The translations under genes were made by a program, and so were the position numbers. A DNA stretch of 64,000 bases from Octopus vulgaris. Its lineage: Eukaryota. Where the stretch lies: contig OX597818.1 of NCBI GenBank assembly GCA_951406725.2, positions 101,928,001 through 101,992,000 of the forward strand. Reading direction: 5' to 3'. Position 1 is the stretch's first letter; every line of letters begins with the position of its first letter. The notes beneath the pieces were generated by a model. It saw nothing but the letters and a program-made list of their open reading frames with translations. It ran no database searches and was not told where the DNA came from. Positions 51,140-64,000 of the stretch are shown here, piece by piece.

Positions 51140-52934
51140 CAGTCATGAAACAACATACCCCTTCTATTTCAGTTTAACACACCTAGAACGCCATCCGAAC
51201 CCCAGAAGCCACAAGTCTGAGAAAGGCAACAAGCTTCAAGAGGACTAACGTGGACAAGGTTTTCGATAATCTGACAGAAGTGCTTTACCGCTACAAGTTT
51301 TAGAGCCATGATATCTACAACTGTGAGGAGACGGGTGTCACTACTATGCAACGACCAGATCGAATTGTGGCAGAGAAAGGAGGGAAACAAATAGAAGCGA
51401 TGAATTCAGCTGAGAGAGGGATCTTGGTGACAGTCTGCCTTGCAGTAAATGCCAGCGGTTATGCAACACCGCCAATGCTTGTGTTACCTAGAGGCCACTT
51501 TCGTGAATACTTCATTGCTAATGGGCCAACAGGTTGCTGTGGATCAGCAAATCCAAGTGAATGGATGAAGGAGGCAGATTTTCTTAAATTTTTGGAACAC
51601 TTCATGAAGCACACTCGTTGCAGCAAAGAGCATCCTGTCCTGTTACTACTTGACAACCACAACTCCCATATCTCTTGTGATGGGTGGATGAAGTGTGATG
51701 GATGAATGAAGTCGCACCCAGGTAAAACGATGATCATTTACGACATGCCGGCCGTCTTGAAGGAATCCCTTCCATATGCGTGCACACCAGTCAAAATCCA
51801 GAAAGGATTTTAAGTCATTAGCATCTGGCCCTTTAACAGGGATATCTTTGGTGATGACGAATTTCTTCCAAGTTACGCCACACACCGTCCTACTCCAAAA
51901 CAAGGTGAATACTAGTCTGAAGTGCAGCCAAACGACCATCCTGACGTGCAACCTGGCAGATAACCAGCCTAAGTTGTAGCCAGACGACCTGTCAGATGTT
52001 CAACTAGGTGACCAGGTCAATGAACGTCAAGACAGTCCGATGCACCAACACACACCAGGCCCAGGTTTTCTTGCTGGTGGTGTTTCAAGCCCAGAGATGT
52101 AGCGCCCATTAAGGGAGTCTTCCCCCAGGAAGACACGTGGAGGTCATGGAAGTTGCAAGAGGTGCCAAACAGCGATTCTAATCCTAACCCCCATGAAACA
52201 GCTCATAGTAGATAAAATAAACGAATGGAAGTACAAAACAAAGAAGGCAACTGGTACAGAAAAGGCAACAAAGGGGAAGGGAAAGTCCACTAAAATAGAT
52301 AAAGACAAAGGAAAGCAGCCTCGCAGCAAGCAATTCGCCGATTGGAAATGTCTTGTCTGCTCAGATTGGTATTCCAACTCCCTTCCAGGTGAAGAATTGG
52401 TGCAATGCATGATCTGTAAAGAGTAGGCACACACTGAGTGTACCGATGGACAAGATTTTCTGTGTGATCTCAGTGGTGAGAATTTAATGGAGGACGATTC
52501 CGACTAGATGGCACATGTCACAAGGGGAAATTAGTTGATGAGGACTCTCAGAATCACAGTTAGGATATGAAGTGTTTCAAAGCATAGTTAATTAATTAAA
52601 ATAATACTCCCTAGATGAAAAAAGCAGGAGACGTAAGCATCTCAAACTTGTTTGTTAACATAATTCCGAGTTATCAACAGTTGTAACAATGTACTCCAGT
52701 AAGTGTCAGAACGCAAGCCGCACTCGGGTAACATCGTTACAACTGACACCACCTCATTAATTAAAACCTGTATAATTAATGTTATTTGATTTCTGTCTTT
52801 TGCTGGTGATAAAAATAGAGATGTTTTACAAATAAATCTGAAAAGAAATTTCAGCTGTGTTCATTATATGGGTGGTAAGGCAAAATAAAAAATTTTAAAT
52901 TTTAAAAATGTAACAACTAGATCCTGTCTCCCCT
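51140..52934 (+). mobile_element. Decayed pogo/Fot1-like DDE_1 transposon, 5'-truncated, with C-terminal PHD-like finger
   Basis: DIYNCEETG, SAERGILVTV, PPMLV, EWM, VLLLLDNHNSH; C-terminal CLVC...VQCMICKE*AHTEC; candidate end ...gtctcccc-TA near 52934. Confidence 0.85.
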
Positions 52935-54579
52935 ACCTAAACAATCCGTGGAAGCCTGAGACATTAAAAAGGTATAGTTATTCAAGTGCAAAACAGTTAA
53001 GATTCAATGCTAAATTTATTATAGTTTGAATTTATTTCTATGAATTACATTATCTTTAAAACATTCAAAAGAGAATAATTTCTGTCCATACTCTGTATAA
53101 GCCTAGACATCCCAAAATATGTAAACGAAATATAAAGCCCAAAATGTGTATAAATATGTTTATAATACAATCTTAGTTATTACTAAGCTAATGCGAGATA
53201 CACATCGTCCTTAGCAGGAGTATATTTAACAGGAAATTATCAGGAGGAACAAGTTTGTGGAGGATTTATTAATTTAATCAAGCGTACATTTAGGCCATTC
53301 AAATATACCTAACGTAAATTAGCTATGAGCTAGTCACTCAGATGTTTACACACACAAATATTTTGCTTCATCAAAGGTCTGAAGAGAATAGAAGCTAAAT
53401 ATTATATGAATCTGTAAGCAGCTGTATATTCCCTCTTGTTTCTCGTATTCATTCACTTAGTAATATCATTTGAAAATTTACGAATATCACACTTTCTCAG
53501 TTCTCCTCCGCTGCCATTCTGAGGTTTTACAATTATGTACGAGATGAATAATTCAGTCAAGGATTATATTTGGCGAGGTGTTGTTAGTAGGAATCCTTTC
53601 AAATCTGAAATATATTTTGTTGTTGCTGTTTTAAGTCTATATATCTACCTCTGTCTGTCTGTCTCTCTCTATCTCTATCTCTCTCCTTCCTCCTCTCGAT
53701 TTCTCACTATATATTTTTCTGTTTTAATATGGACATATAAAATAGTGTTTACTTATTAAATTGTATTAGAAATAGCTTCAGCAATTTTGAAAATAGGTTA
53801 TGTTAACTAAACTCAATTATAAGTATGAAATCCATGGAAACATCTCCCATGGTATATGAGTCACATAACACTACTTAGGCAAACATATGCTGGTAAGAGG
53901 ATTATGTAGTTGGAAGGCAGGGAATCAATCGATTATCGATGGTATATAGATTTAATAAACATGTAATTGAATACTAAGGCATTCTATTTGATGTTGACTT
54001 TCCACAGTGTATCTATGCGTATTATATTGCCCTGTTGCATTTTAAGTATATATACTTCTACGAAATGCTGAATGCATGTGTCTCGAAGCACAAACACACA
54101 CACACACACATACACACACACATCTATATATATATATATATATATCGTATTTTTGTGTTATATCTACTATAATTTCTGTATTTATATATTTATATACGTA
54201 AATATTTGGTATGTTAAGCGATGGTCGGGAGAAATGCAGAGACACACAAATACAGGCACACACACATACGTATATGAGGGATTCTTCAAGTTTCTATCTA
54301 CCAAATCCACTCATAAGATTTTGGTCGCCCCAAATCTATAACAGAGGACAGTTGCAATCTTCAGCTGCACAAATTAAATTAGAAGAACACATTAGAATAA
54401 TTTTACCCAAAATCTCCGAGAGGATAAGGAGACAGACAGAGAACATGTTTTATTGTGCAGCTGAAGATTGCTTTATATTTTAAATTGATGTAATGAAATG
54501 ACTGCATTGTTCAATTAAATGGAGTCGGAGGAAACGGTCGTACTGCATTACTTCTGGATATCCTTGCTGCTTATTTTGA

Positions 54580-54604
54580 TTATATATATCTACATCTATA
54601 TCTA

Positions 54605-54659
<55 letters not shown>

Positions 54660-54748
54660 ATATCTATCTATCTATCTATCTATATATATATATATATATA
54701 CCAAATCTGTACACATATTACACACATCTGTACGCATATTACACACAC

Positions 54749-54799
<51 letters not shown>

Positions 54800-54819
54800 T
54801 GCAAATCTGTACGCATATT

Positions 54820-54876
<57 letters not shown>

Positions 54877-54882
54877 CAAACA

Positions 54883-54913
<31 letters not shown>

Positions 54914-54965
54914 GACATACATACATACATACATACATACATACATACATACATACATACATACA

Positions 54966-54997
<32 letters not shown>
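54580..54997. repeat. Compound (TATC)/(TA)/(CA)/(TACA) microsatellite with three copies of a short atctgtac.catattacaca motif
   Basis: Seen directly. Confidence 0.9.
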
Positions 54998-55895
54998 CGA
55001 GTGAGAGCGAGATGAGTGTAATATATGTGTAGATTCATATTTTAAGAAGCTTCTTGTCTGAGTGTAAAATATATTTTTAAGTTTTGACATCCATCAAGTA
55101 ACACTAAGATGGGAATTTTACCCGTAAAATTATACAAATTAAAAATCAAGCGTGCATGGTATAATGTCCTCCGGGCTTGATAATAATTACATCAGATCAA
55201 GTAGACTTCCAAGGCAGGAGATCACGTCAATAGAAGAAAGCCGGAAATATAAGAAAGATGTTTATATATAAGATAAGAACACAAGAACACAAATGGCTCC
55301 TACGTTGGATGTGGAACTTAAATCGGGTCGTGAAAATAGATGACGGTATGCATGCGTACACAATTTTATGTACACGTATATATCTATAAGTATATTGATT
55401 TGTACAATCATATCTAAGCGTATAAATATGTCTAACTCGTATTGTGACGTCACCTGACTCTAGACCAATGAAATTTTACCTCCTATCAAAACTGAATTTC
55501 AGTAAATACTACAATATGATCCTTTAATAGAATCAACCAACTGGAACGGCTGAGGACCGATCCCCACATGGAAATCAACCAGGCAGAACGACAAAATTGA
55601 CCTCCAGAAAAATAAGATGTCTTCAGTAATTTAACAAATCAAAAATCAGATCCGTTCACGGATCTCTCTCTTAACTCAGTATGACTGAACATTTGGTGAC
55701 CCACATTTCTAATTGATCACTTCTATTAGAAGTTGTGAACATCTAAATCTCATTTGATATTATTGAATCTTGTCTCAGTATGACCGACCCTTTGCTGATC
55801 CACATTTCTGATAGATCACTTCTACAACTATTAAAGTTTGTGCATTTAAACAAGATGATCCACATTTTTTTATATCATCGAATGTTATGGACATT

Positions 55896-56204
55896 TAAAT
55901 CATATTTGATATTATTGAATCTTGTAAGCATCAAATCTTTTAAACTTGTTGTAAACAATGAATATTTCAAATTTATTTTTCTGCTTAAAGTTAAATTTTT
56001 TACCATTGATAAAATTAAAATATTGTTGAGACTACTTAGGTATGCATGTAAATCATATTTGATATTATTGAATCTTGTAAGCATCAAATCTTTTAAACTT
56101 GTTGTAAACAATGAATATTTCAAATTTATTTTTCTGCTTAAAGTTAAATTTTTTACCATTGATAAAATTAAAATATTGTTGAGACTACTTAGGTATGCAT
56201 GTAA
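55896..56204. repeat. Perfect 2 x 153-bp tandem duplication
   Basis: 55896-56048 is repeated at 56049-56201. Confidence 0.95.
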
Positions 56205-56772
56205 CTAAATTTATTTTAAAACAAATTCAGGTACGTTTTCAACAACACATTTTCTTATATTTTTCTTGCGTGGAGATACGCCCACTCTTTTGTTATATAT
56301 ACTAAGAATGACTTAGTGGTTAGGGTGTTGCACTCACGATTGCAAGATCGTGGGTTTGATTCCCAGACCGGGCGTTGTGTTGTGTTTTTGAGCAAAGCAC
56401 TTCATTTCATTTTGCGATGCGATCATTTCGACATCTGACATGTGACACCTTTACAAGTAATGTCGATCTGATGGAGGGAATGAGCTTATATCTACACAAA
56501 CATTATATCACTCACCCAGTATCCCTTGGCAAGTCGTGGGGGTAGAATCATCAGTTACATTTTCCATATATTTCCGTCAGAAGCAGCCGCCATAAAAACA
56601 ACCAGCAGTAATTCCAAGCGTGGCTAACTGAAACCATTTATATTATCCACCGCCCTCGTCCTTGGTCTACATTAGTTTTCCTGCACTTTGTCTCCACTTA
56701 AACTATCCATTTTTAGATTATGTACTGCCACATACTAATTATATACCCGTAATATCAAACCTCTGTTGGTGG

Positions 56773-57432
56773 AGGCGCAATGGCCCATTGGTTATGGCAG
56801 CGGATTCGCGGTCGTGGCATCGCGGTTTCGATTCTCAGACCGGGCATTGTAAGTGTTTATTGAGCAAAAACACCAAAAGCTCCACGCGTCTCCGGGTGGG
56901 GGTGGTCGTGAACCTTGCTGTACTCTTTCACCACAACGTTCACTCACTCTTTCTTCCTGTTTCTGTTGTCCCATGGTCATTGTAAGAGTTTATTGAGCAA
57001 AAACACCAAAAGCTCCACGCGTCTCCGGGTGGGGGTGGTCGTGAACCTTGCTGTACTCTTTCACCACAAGTTCACTCACTCTTTCTTCCTGTTTCTGTTG
57101 TACCCATATTTCAAAGGGCTGGCCTTATCACACACTGTCTCGCTGAATCTCTAAGAAAGAGATTCAGCGAGAATCTCTCAGAAAACTACGTTAAGAGTAC
57201 ACGTGTCTCTGAAATGCTCGACCACTTGCACGTTAATAAAGGAGTTGCGACATCACTGGTGCCAAGCTGTATCGGCCTTTGCCTTTCCCTTGGATAACAT
57301 CGGTGGCGTGCAGAGGGGAGTCTGGTATGCATGGGCGACTGCTGGTCTTCCATAAACAACCTTGCCCAGACTTGTGCCTCGGAGGGTAACTTTCTAGGTG
57401 CAATCCCATGGTCATTCATGACCGAAGGGGGT
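56773..57432 (+). mobile_element. Composite SINE family C copy with internal duplication
   Basis: tRNA-like head ggcgcaatggccc..ggtttcgattctc; ~133-bp duplication (~56844-56968 / ~56977-57100); 3' part matches 33175-33360. Confidence 0.8.
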
Positions 57433-58129
57433 CACTATCTAACCTATGTTGGTGATAATGAGGTGAAGGTACAGGTAGTTTGCGAGGCTAACTGACCATA
57501 TGTTCGACTGACCACGCGTCGACTGAGGTTACACAGGATATACTCCGGAAAAAAACCCAATTAGGTACCTTTTATTCGTGATCGTACTGTTATCCTGTAC
57601 GAAATCCAAAATGAAAATATCGAATACGGCATTGTTTTACCAACCTATCCGTTTTTGATATTCGATAGCTGGGGCTGTTACACGCAATCCGGCAATCCTA
57701 GCAAGCAATCGAGTGTCCTGTCCGCCATTAATGAAAAATTCGGCCGATATATAATTATATTTAACATCTCTCATTGATGTTCTACTACTATGTAGAGTTC
57801 ACTTTGAACAGTTTGTTGAGGGAACCAATGTGACAGTGTTTCCCAGACTAATTCTCATTTCTTCTTTGCAGCATTCGCCACTGAATCCATTTAGTGTATG
57901 CTGGTAGATACATTCCTATGAGGCATGTAGCAACATATCATCTGCAAAGATTACCTAAGCGATCCTATAACCATCGTATGGGAGACGAATTACTGAACGG
58001 TTGCCCATGTCAATTAAGTTTATACACCCTGCTTGCAAGTTTTCGATTAAGCACCGTTACTCGAACATAAATTTTCGTACCGTCGTATGACGGCTTCATT
58101 GGTATATTTACCGTTGAAGACTAACGTCA

Positions 58130-58600
58130 CAGCGATTGAAGATCTGTAGTGCAAAGGGCTGCTGGAGAGGCAGGAATTCTAGTTCACATGTTAAACGTGT
58201 GAAACTGAGAAGGTATTAACTTGCTAACTCATGTATACCTTAAGGTTTGGACCTATGGGAACACGTTAAGCAATGGAAACCAAGGGAGATACTCACGATT
58301 TTTAAAAAAAGAAAACAAAGGTGAGGGTTTTGATAATATAGGAAGCGCCTTCTTGATTGAATTCGGTAGAAAATTTATGATGGGTTTCTAGGAAAGCGAT
58401 CTACAGAATTCTCGAAGCTAATTGATGAACAATATGCTTTCCCTCCTGAACACTGCAAAACCAAACAGATAATTATTTTACATTAGGGACTCAAGAAAAT
58501 ACTGGCAATACCATAAAGAGCTATTCCATTGCTTTGCAGTCTGCATAAGGCATATGATCGCATCCCGCAGGGCAGTTTCTGAAAGGTTTGTCAAGAATTT
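58130..58600 (+). pseudogene. Old RTE-like LINE RT remnant
   Basis: Fragments AAGEAGI..HML, IFKK, LIDEQYAF, KKYWQYHKELFHCF..LHKAYDRIP. Confidence 0.65.
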
Positions 58601-58681
58601 GGGACGCATACACATGCACAAACACACACACACATGTACACACATGTGCACACACACACTGGTATGTATATGTGTTTGAAT

Positions 58682-58915
58682 GCGGCGAGCTGGCAGAAAC
58701 GTTAGCACGCCGGGCGAAATGCTTAGCGGTATTTCGTCTGCATTACGTTGTGAGTTCAAATTCCGCCGAGGTTAACTTTGCCTTTCACCCTTTCGGGGTC
58801 GATAAATTAAGTACCAGTTACGCACTGGGGTCGATGTAATTGACTTCATACCTATGTCTGTCCTTGTTTGTCCCCTCTGTGTTTAGCCCCTTGTGGGTAA
58901 TAAAGAAATAGGTAT
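58682..58915 (+). mobile_element. SINE family A monomer
   Basis: Full head and one unit, ending aaagaaataggtat. Confidence 0.88.
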
Positions 58916-60139
58916 GTATATGTGTTTGTGCGTGTGTGTGTGTGTGCACGTGTGAATGTGTGTGTGTGTGTGTGTGTGTGTCTATATATATATATATACA
59001 ATTAGATATATATACCTATTTTTGCAAGAGCGTACCTCTGTTTATATATGCGCAGAAGTTTTATGTTTATTATTAAAGATACAGATTTTTAATTGGGTCT
59101 ATTTTATTCCAGAATTTCCCTTCACTAGCATGGCGTAGCTTTTGTATCTACATTAGATTAAGCGTTTATAGTTTGTTTGTGTTAGAGTTGATCGATTTAT
59201 TAAATTATTTTCACCAAAATGTGTTGTGTGTAAACGTAGTGTGTTAATGTTGTATTTATGCTTATATAAATCTGAGTTTGTGCGCATGTGTATGCCTGTC
59301 TGATTATAAGTATATTTATGCAAATGACCATGTCTGCGCCTGTGTGCGTGTGTGTGTGTGGCGTGTCTATGTGTTTGAGTGCGTTTGTGTGTTTATGTCT
59401 ATATGTATATGTTTGTGTGTGTAATGGGATTATATGAAAGTATGGTTGTAGAATTTCTAAATGTATGTCAATCCGTGTATGTCCATCAGAGGCCAATGAT
59501 GCCAGCTGTTATTAAGTCACATGTTCTTTATCGATCAAATGCAAAGTAGTAAATCTAATTCGATTACGAAGGAAAAATCGATATTACACACTTCGGTGTC
59601 AGAAATCATGCTAGGTAGCTATTGAAAATGTTATTGGTATATCGTAAATTAGTGTTGCGAGTGGTTGTTAACTTTTTTGGCTAATAAACTGTTCACTGCA
59701 TAAAAGGAACGCACATTATTCAGCACCTAACGGATAGCATTGAGAATTCTGAATGCAGAGCTTACTATCCTTATTTTTATCATTTTCACTCATTGAAATA
59801 ACTATGTGAATCCGCCTTGTTATTGGATTTTGTCTTAGGCGATCGATTGATTTCCTACTACAAGCGTAGCCATCCACTCCACAAATAATATTGATATTAC
59901 TGACTACTGCTAACTATACTGATAACGGTTAACAGCAAAATGATTTACAGCGATAACATCAGCAACAACAACAATATCTAAAGCAATAGTAGGAACAGAA
60001 GCAGGAATATTACAAATATTTCAATGTAATTTTATAATTTATTTAAACAATTTTTCATGAAGTTTGGAGTGGAGAGAAATCTCTAATGATATGTATATGT
60101 ATATTTTTTGCAGTAAATGTCTAAAGATTCCTTGGCTGT

Positions 60140-60393
60140 CGCTGGTAGCAGTGGTCGTAGTGGTAGTAGTGATGATGATGATGATGATGTTGATGGCAAT
60201 GAAATTACGAAGATTTTGACGACGACGACGACAGCGACGGTGGCAGGCATTAATGAATGGGGATGATGATGATTATGATGATGATGGTGGTGGTGGTTGT
60301 GGTGGTGGTGGTTGTGGTGGTGATAATGATGATGATGACGATGAAGATTATGAAGACGATGATGACAACGACGGCGAGGGTGGCAGGTATGAT

Positions 60394-60426
<33 letters not shown>

Positions 60427-60625
60427 GTGGTGGCGGTGATGATGATGCTGATGATGATGATGATGACAATGAAATTATGAAGACGATGACGACGAGTACG
60501 GCGAGGGTGGCAGTCATGTCTGGATGATGACGACGACAGGGGTGATGATGCTGATGATGATGGTCGTGGTGGTGACGAAGACGACGACATTGTTAATAAT
60601 AAAAGAGATGTGGATAATAACGATG
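60140..60625. repeat. (GAT)n/(GGT)n/(GAC)n low-complexity tract with a thrice-repeated cassette (..acggcgagggtggcagg..)
   Basis: Seen directly at ~60198-60250, ~60340-60390 and ~60467-60515. Confidence 0.85.
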
Positions 60626-61686
60626 AGGTAAATTATGATGATAGGGAAGTCGGGGTAAGGTGTGATATTACGAGTGAATACGATGAATATGATTATGATC
60701 TAAGCGTTAAAATTAATAACATTAATTCTAACGATAACTGCCATACTAATAACTGTAATAATTTCTTCTTTAACAGAAGACAAATATCTGTAACGAACTG
60801 ATGCAGTCTATTGAATTGACCTCATATATTACTCGAATATTATTTTATCGATTGCAACAGAATGAATAGAAAAATCAATATTTGATTGGTGTGAAATCAG
60901 TATCGATGGTGACAAATATGCTTATAATAATTAACTTATTCTGGTTCAATTTGAAAGGAATATAAAACTACAAGCAATAAAATTAAGATGAGACAAGGAA
61001 GCCTCCGTTGTACATGGATGGAACCTTTAAGGCTAGAAATAGCAATCACCTGGCAATCTGTATATTATCTTGTGTATCTGACAATAAACTATATTGGGAA
61101 ATGTAATCGAAAATACGAAGTGATTCTGGAAAGATCCTGGCTTTAAGAGTATCGTGAAAGGCTTGGTAAGAAGCACAACCTCCCGAGATCTTTTCCAAGT
61201 TTTTTTCCGGTAACCAGAAGGACCGCTGAGACCAGTGTGTGAATCGGAAAGGGGAAAAATTTTGAATGAAATTATAACTAAATGATCTGCATGTATTTTG
61301 TCTCACCGAGAGGCAGGGCATTTTCCGCAGCCCCACGTATATGAAAACCAGAATATCCAGGACTAGAACGACATAAGATTTCCTTTCATGGTTTGAAAGA
61401 AAAATACAAATAATTTGAAGTTGTTAGAAAACCGTTTTAATTATTTGTAAACATCCTAGATGACTTGGTACAGTTAACCCTAGTGTTATTATGCCCTAAC
61501 ATCTAATATGGAGCTTCCAAAGTGTTCCAACAAAGGCAGTTGGGGATAATAAGTTTTGGATTCTAGAAGTTGTAGCAATACATTTTAGTCTATTTGGAAG
61601 AATATGCTCCTCACAATGGCTTTTAGATATTGTAAAGTAATCATTGTCATTGTCTCTCTTTCTCTCTCTCTCTCCCTCTCTCTCTC

Positions 61687-61733
<47 letters not shown>

Positions 61734-61754
61734 ATGTATATATATATAGGGGGA

Positions 61755-62105
61755 GAATTCGCATGGAATTTCATTGGTATCTCGTTCACCCGCGACTCAC
61801 ACATAATAATCAAGAGGATAGTAGTTTGGGGAATTAGGTGGCCATATATTGGGTGTGATGTTGTCGCAGGAATTGTCTAAGAGCCCTGACTGGGTCATCC
61901 TGCTTGTGTGATCTGGTGCAGAGTCCTTTGTCCAGACATAGGGTTTGGCAGCAACCATACTCTTGATCGAAGGCAGCATTAGCTCTGCCAGGCACTTTAT
62001 GTAAGCGTAACTTTTGATTCTAAGTCCGAGTGAGAAGATGAATGTTCATTACTAGTGATCACTCCAAACACCATGATGTTGAATGAATCTTTGGTTTTCA
62101 ACAGC
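61755..62105 (-). pseudogene. Tc1/mariner (maT/DD37D-like) transposase fragment
   Basis: IMVFGVITS, YVWTKDSAPDHTS, WPPNSPNYYPLDYYV. Confidence 0.78.
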
Positions 62106-62325
62106 TTCGGTGCATGTCCTGCGATTGCACAGTCCTCAGATTGACACTCTGAAACGTTGGTACTAGAGCTGTCGACACGAATACCAAATGCCAAGCAGTA
62201 CCGCCAGTGCTTCCAAATTTCTGGCAGCAGAGTGAACTGCAAGAATGCACATGCAAGAAATTAGATATTTAAAATGGGGACAATTTACCCATCGCATTGT
62301 ATGTAAGTATATATTATATACATAA

Positions 62326-62389
<64 letters not shown>

Positions 62390-63903
62390 ACAGATTGAAA
62401 ATAGAAATGCGATCAGTCATTGTTTTGAAACACTGGCAGACTTCCTGAGGAATACTTCCCAAAAGTAAATTAATTAGCAAGTGATTTAGCAGTGGTCATG
62501 AACACCTGGTGTCGCGTTGCGTATTAATAATTCTAACAACGGTAAATTATCAATTGAAAGATAAAGTAGCGAATTTCCCTGAAATACATACATATATTTC
62601 ATTCAAAATGAATAGAAAATCTAGAGCACATCATATTCGTCATTAGAAATTATATATGAGTGTGCGTGCGCGTATTCTATTCTAACTACAAATCAATTAT
62701 CTTAGTAGATATCTAGATAAGAGTTTTCTTCTTTTATCCTTACTTATTAATTAATTACAACGTATAAAGTAATTCCATTTAGTACTATCACCAATACACA
62801 GTATTATTCCAATGATACATATTTTGATGAGAAATTTTGACTAAATATAAAACATTAATTGTTGGTTTTTAATTTATTGATTCTAAGATTGTGGATATTA
62901 ATTTCATTTACAAGAAAATTCAAAGAAAAAGAGAAACAATCTAAAGGAAGTAAGAGATTTACGTGTTTCTAACGATTACTCGCATAAATTATTATCTTTG
63001 GTTGGTATGTTAGTAAATTTGAAATATTAGCGACTGCATAGATGAACATTTTCTATATCAAAATGGATATGCGCACTTTTCTTAAGGTGCAACAAAGACT
63101 TTTTTGTAAAAACGATTTTCGATTTCCTAATATCAATATATTAGAAAACCTGAAAACGGTTGAATTAAATATTCTCTTTTTAGTTGTGTATATATATTTT
63201 TTTTTTTATATTTCTAAGGATCCATAAATGATTTTATATTGAAATTATTATTTTTTTTTTATTAATTGTCACAATCAACATAATAATAGAATCAGATTAG
63301 GAAGGGGAATAATGATAAAAAAAAATCCAATATGGAGATGCTTTTAACCTTAAGTGTTAAGATACTACAGAGTTTCACTGTGAAAAAAGAATAAAGCTGT
63401 AAAAATGAAAGAAATACTAAATGGAATTTCAAATGGTGGAACTGAAAACTACAATAACTCTTCGATTAGAAAGTAATGGCCGAATAGAACGCTACTTGAA
63501 ATTATATAAATTATGTTTCACACCATGAAAAGTGGTTGCATGCGAAATAGTTCTTGCTCTAATATTTACCCTTTCCCTTGTAGATTAATAGATATTTTTT
63601 CTTCATTTGACAGCTTTTATTCTTCTTCAAGTTTAGTCGAGGAAATGTCGATTTAGCAAGGCAACACTTAAAAGTGTATCAAGTGTTTAAGTCTTGAGTT
63701 AATGTCGGCAAGATATTGAGAATAGACTAAATGGTTCTTCATAAATAGATTACTACTACTATTATATATATGTAGAAATACACATTTTATATGTGTGAAT
63801 GTCTCTATGTGCTTATACGTTATAAAGTAAATGTGTAATCCCATAGGCATCTGCACACTGGTTGACGTATGCGTGTATGTGTGCATGTGCGTATGAATGT
63901 ATG

Positions 63904-63944
<41 letters not shown>

Positions 63945-64000
63945 TTATATATATATATACATATATATACATACATATATATATATATATATATCTGTGT

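Noticed and set aside
60083-60590. Poly-H/S/D/M ORFs
   Set aside because: Trinucleotide low-complexity DNA, open in several frames, with no exon support.

Overview
AT-rich eukaryotic genomic DNA, dense in microsatellites and repeats. The SINE families and (TA)n/(TAGA)n/(CA)n load suggest a cephalopod (octopus-like), which is an inference. I found no secure host gene. The main feature is a near-intact, very young Penelope-like retroelement (PLE, Neptune-like, 81-5526) inserted in a (TA)n tract. It has ~1.03 kb direct repeats (pLTRs), each carrying a minimal type I hammerhead ribozyme (HHR) with a compensatory U3-A8 core. A 411-aa coiled-coil/basic ORF1 overlaps the RT-Zn finger-GIY-YIG ORF2 in the -1 frame, and a U_UUU_UUA slippery heptamer lies inside that overlap. 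Conserved PLE N-terminal motifs sit upstream of the first ORF2 Met, suggesting an ORF1-RT fusion made by -1 ribosomal frameshifting. The rest of the window holds about seven further families of short, non-coding, HHR-like elements, most beside (TA)n tracts and several with atypical cores or inverted/tandem ends. It also contains three tRNA-derived SINE families (two tandem trimers), decayed mariner, maT-like, pogo and RTE elements, mariner-derived MITEs, and a 3.7 kb 33-bp satellite with phased A-tracts. Nearly all other ORFs in the track are microsatellite artefacts. All RNA folds were read by eye, not computed.
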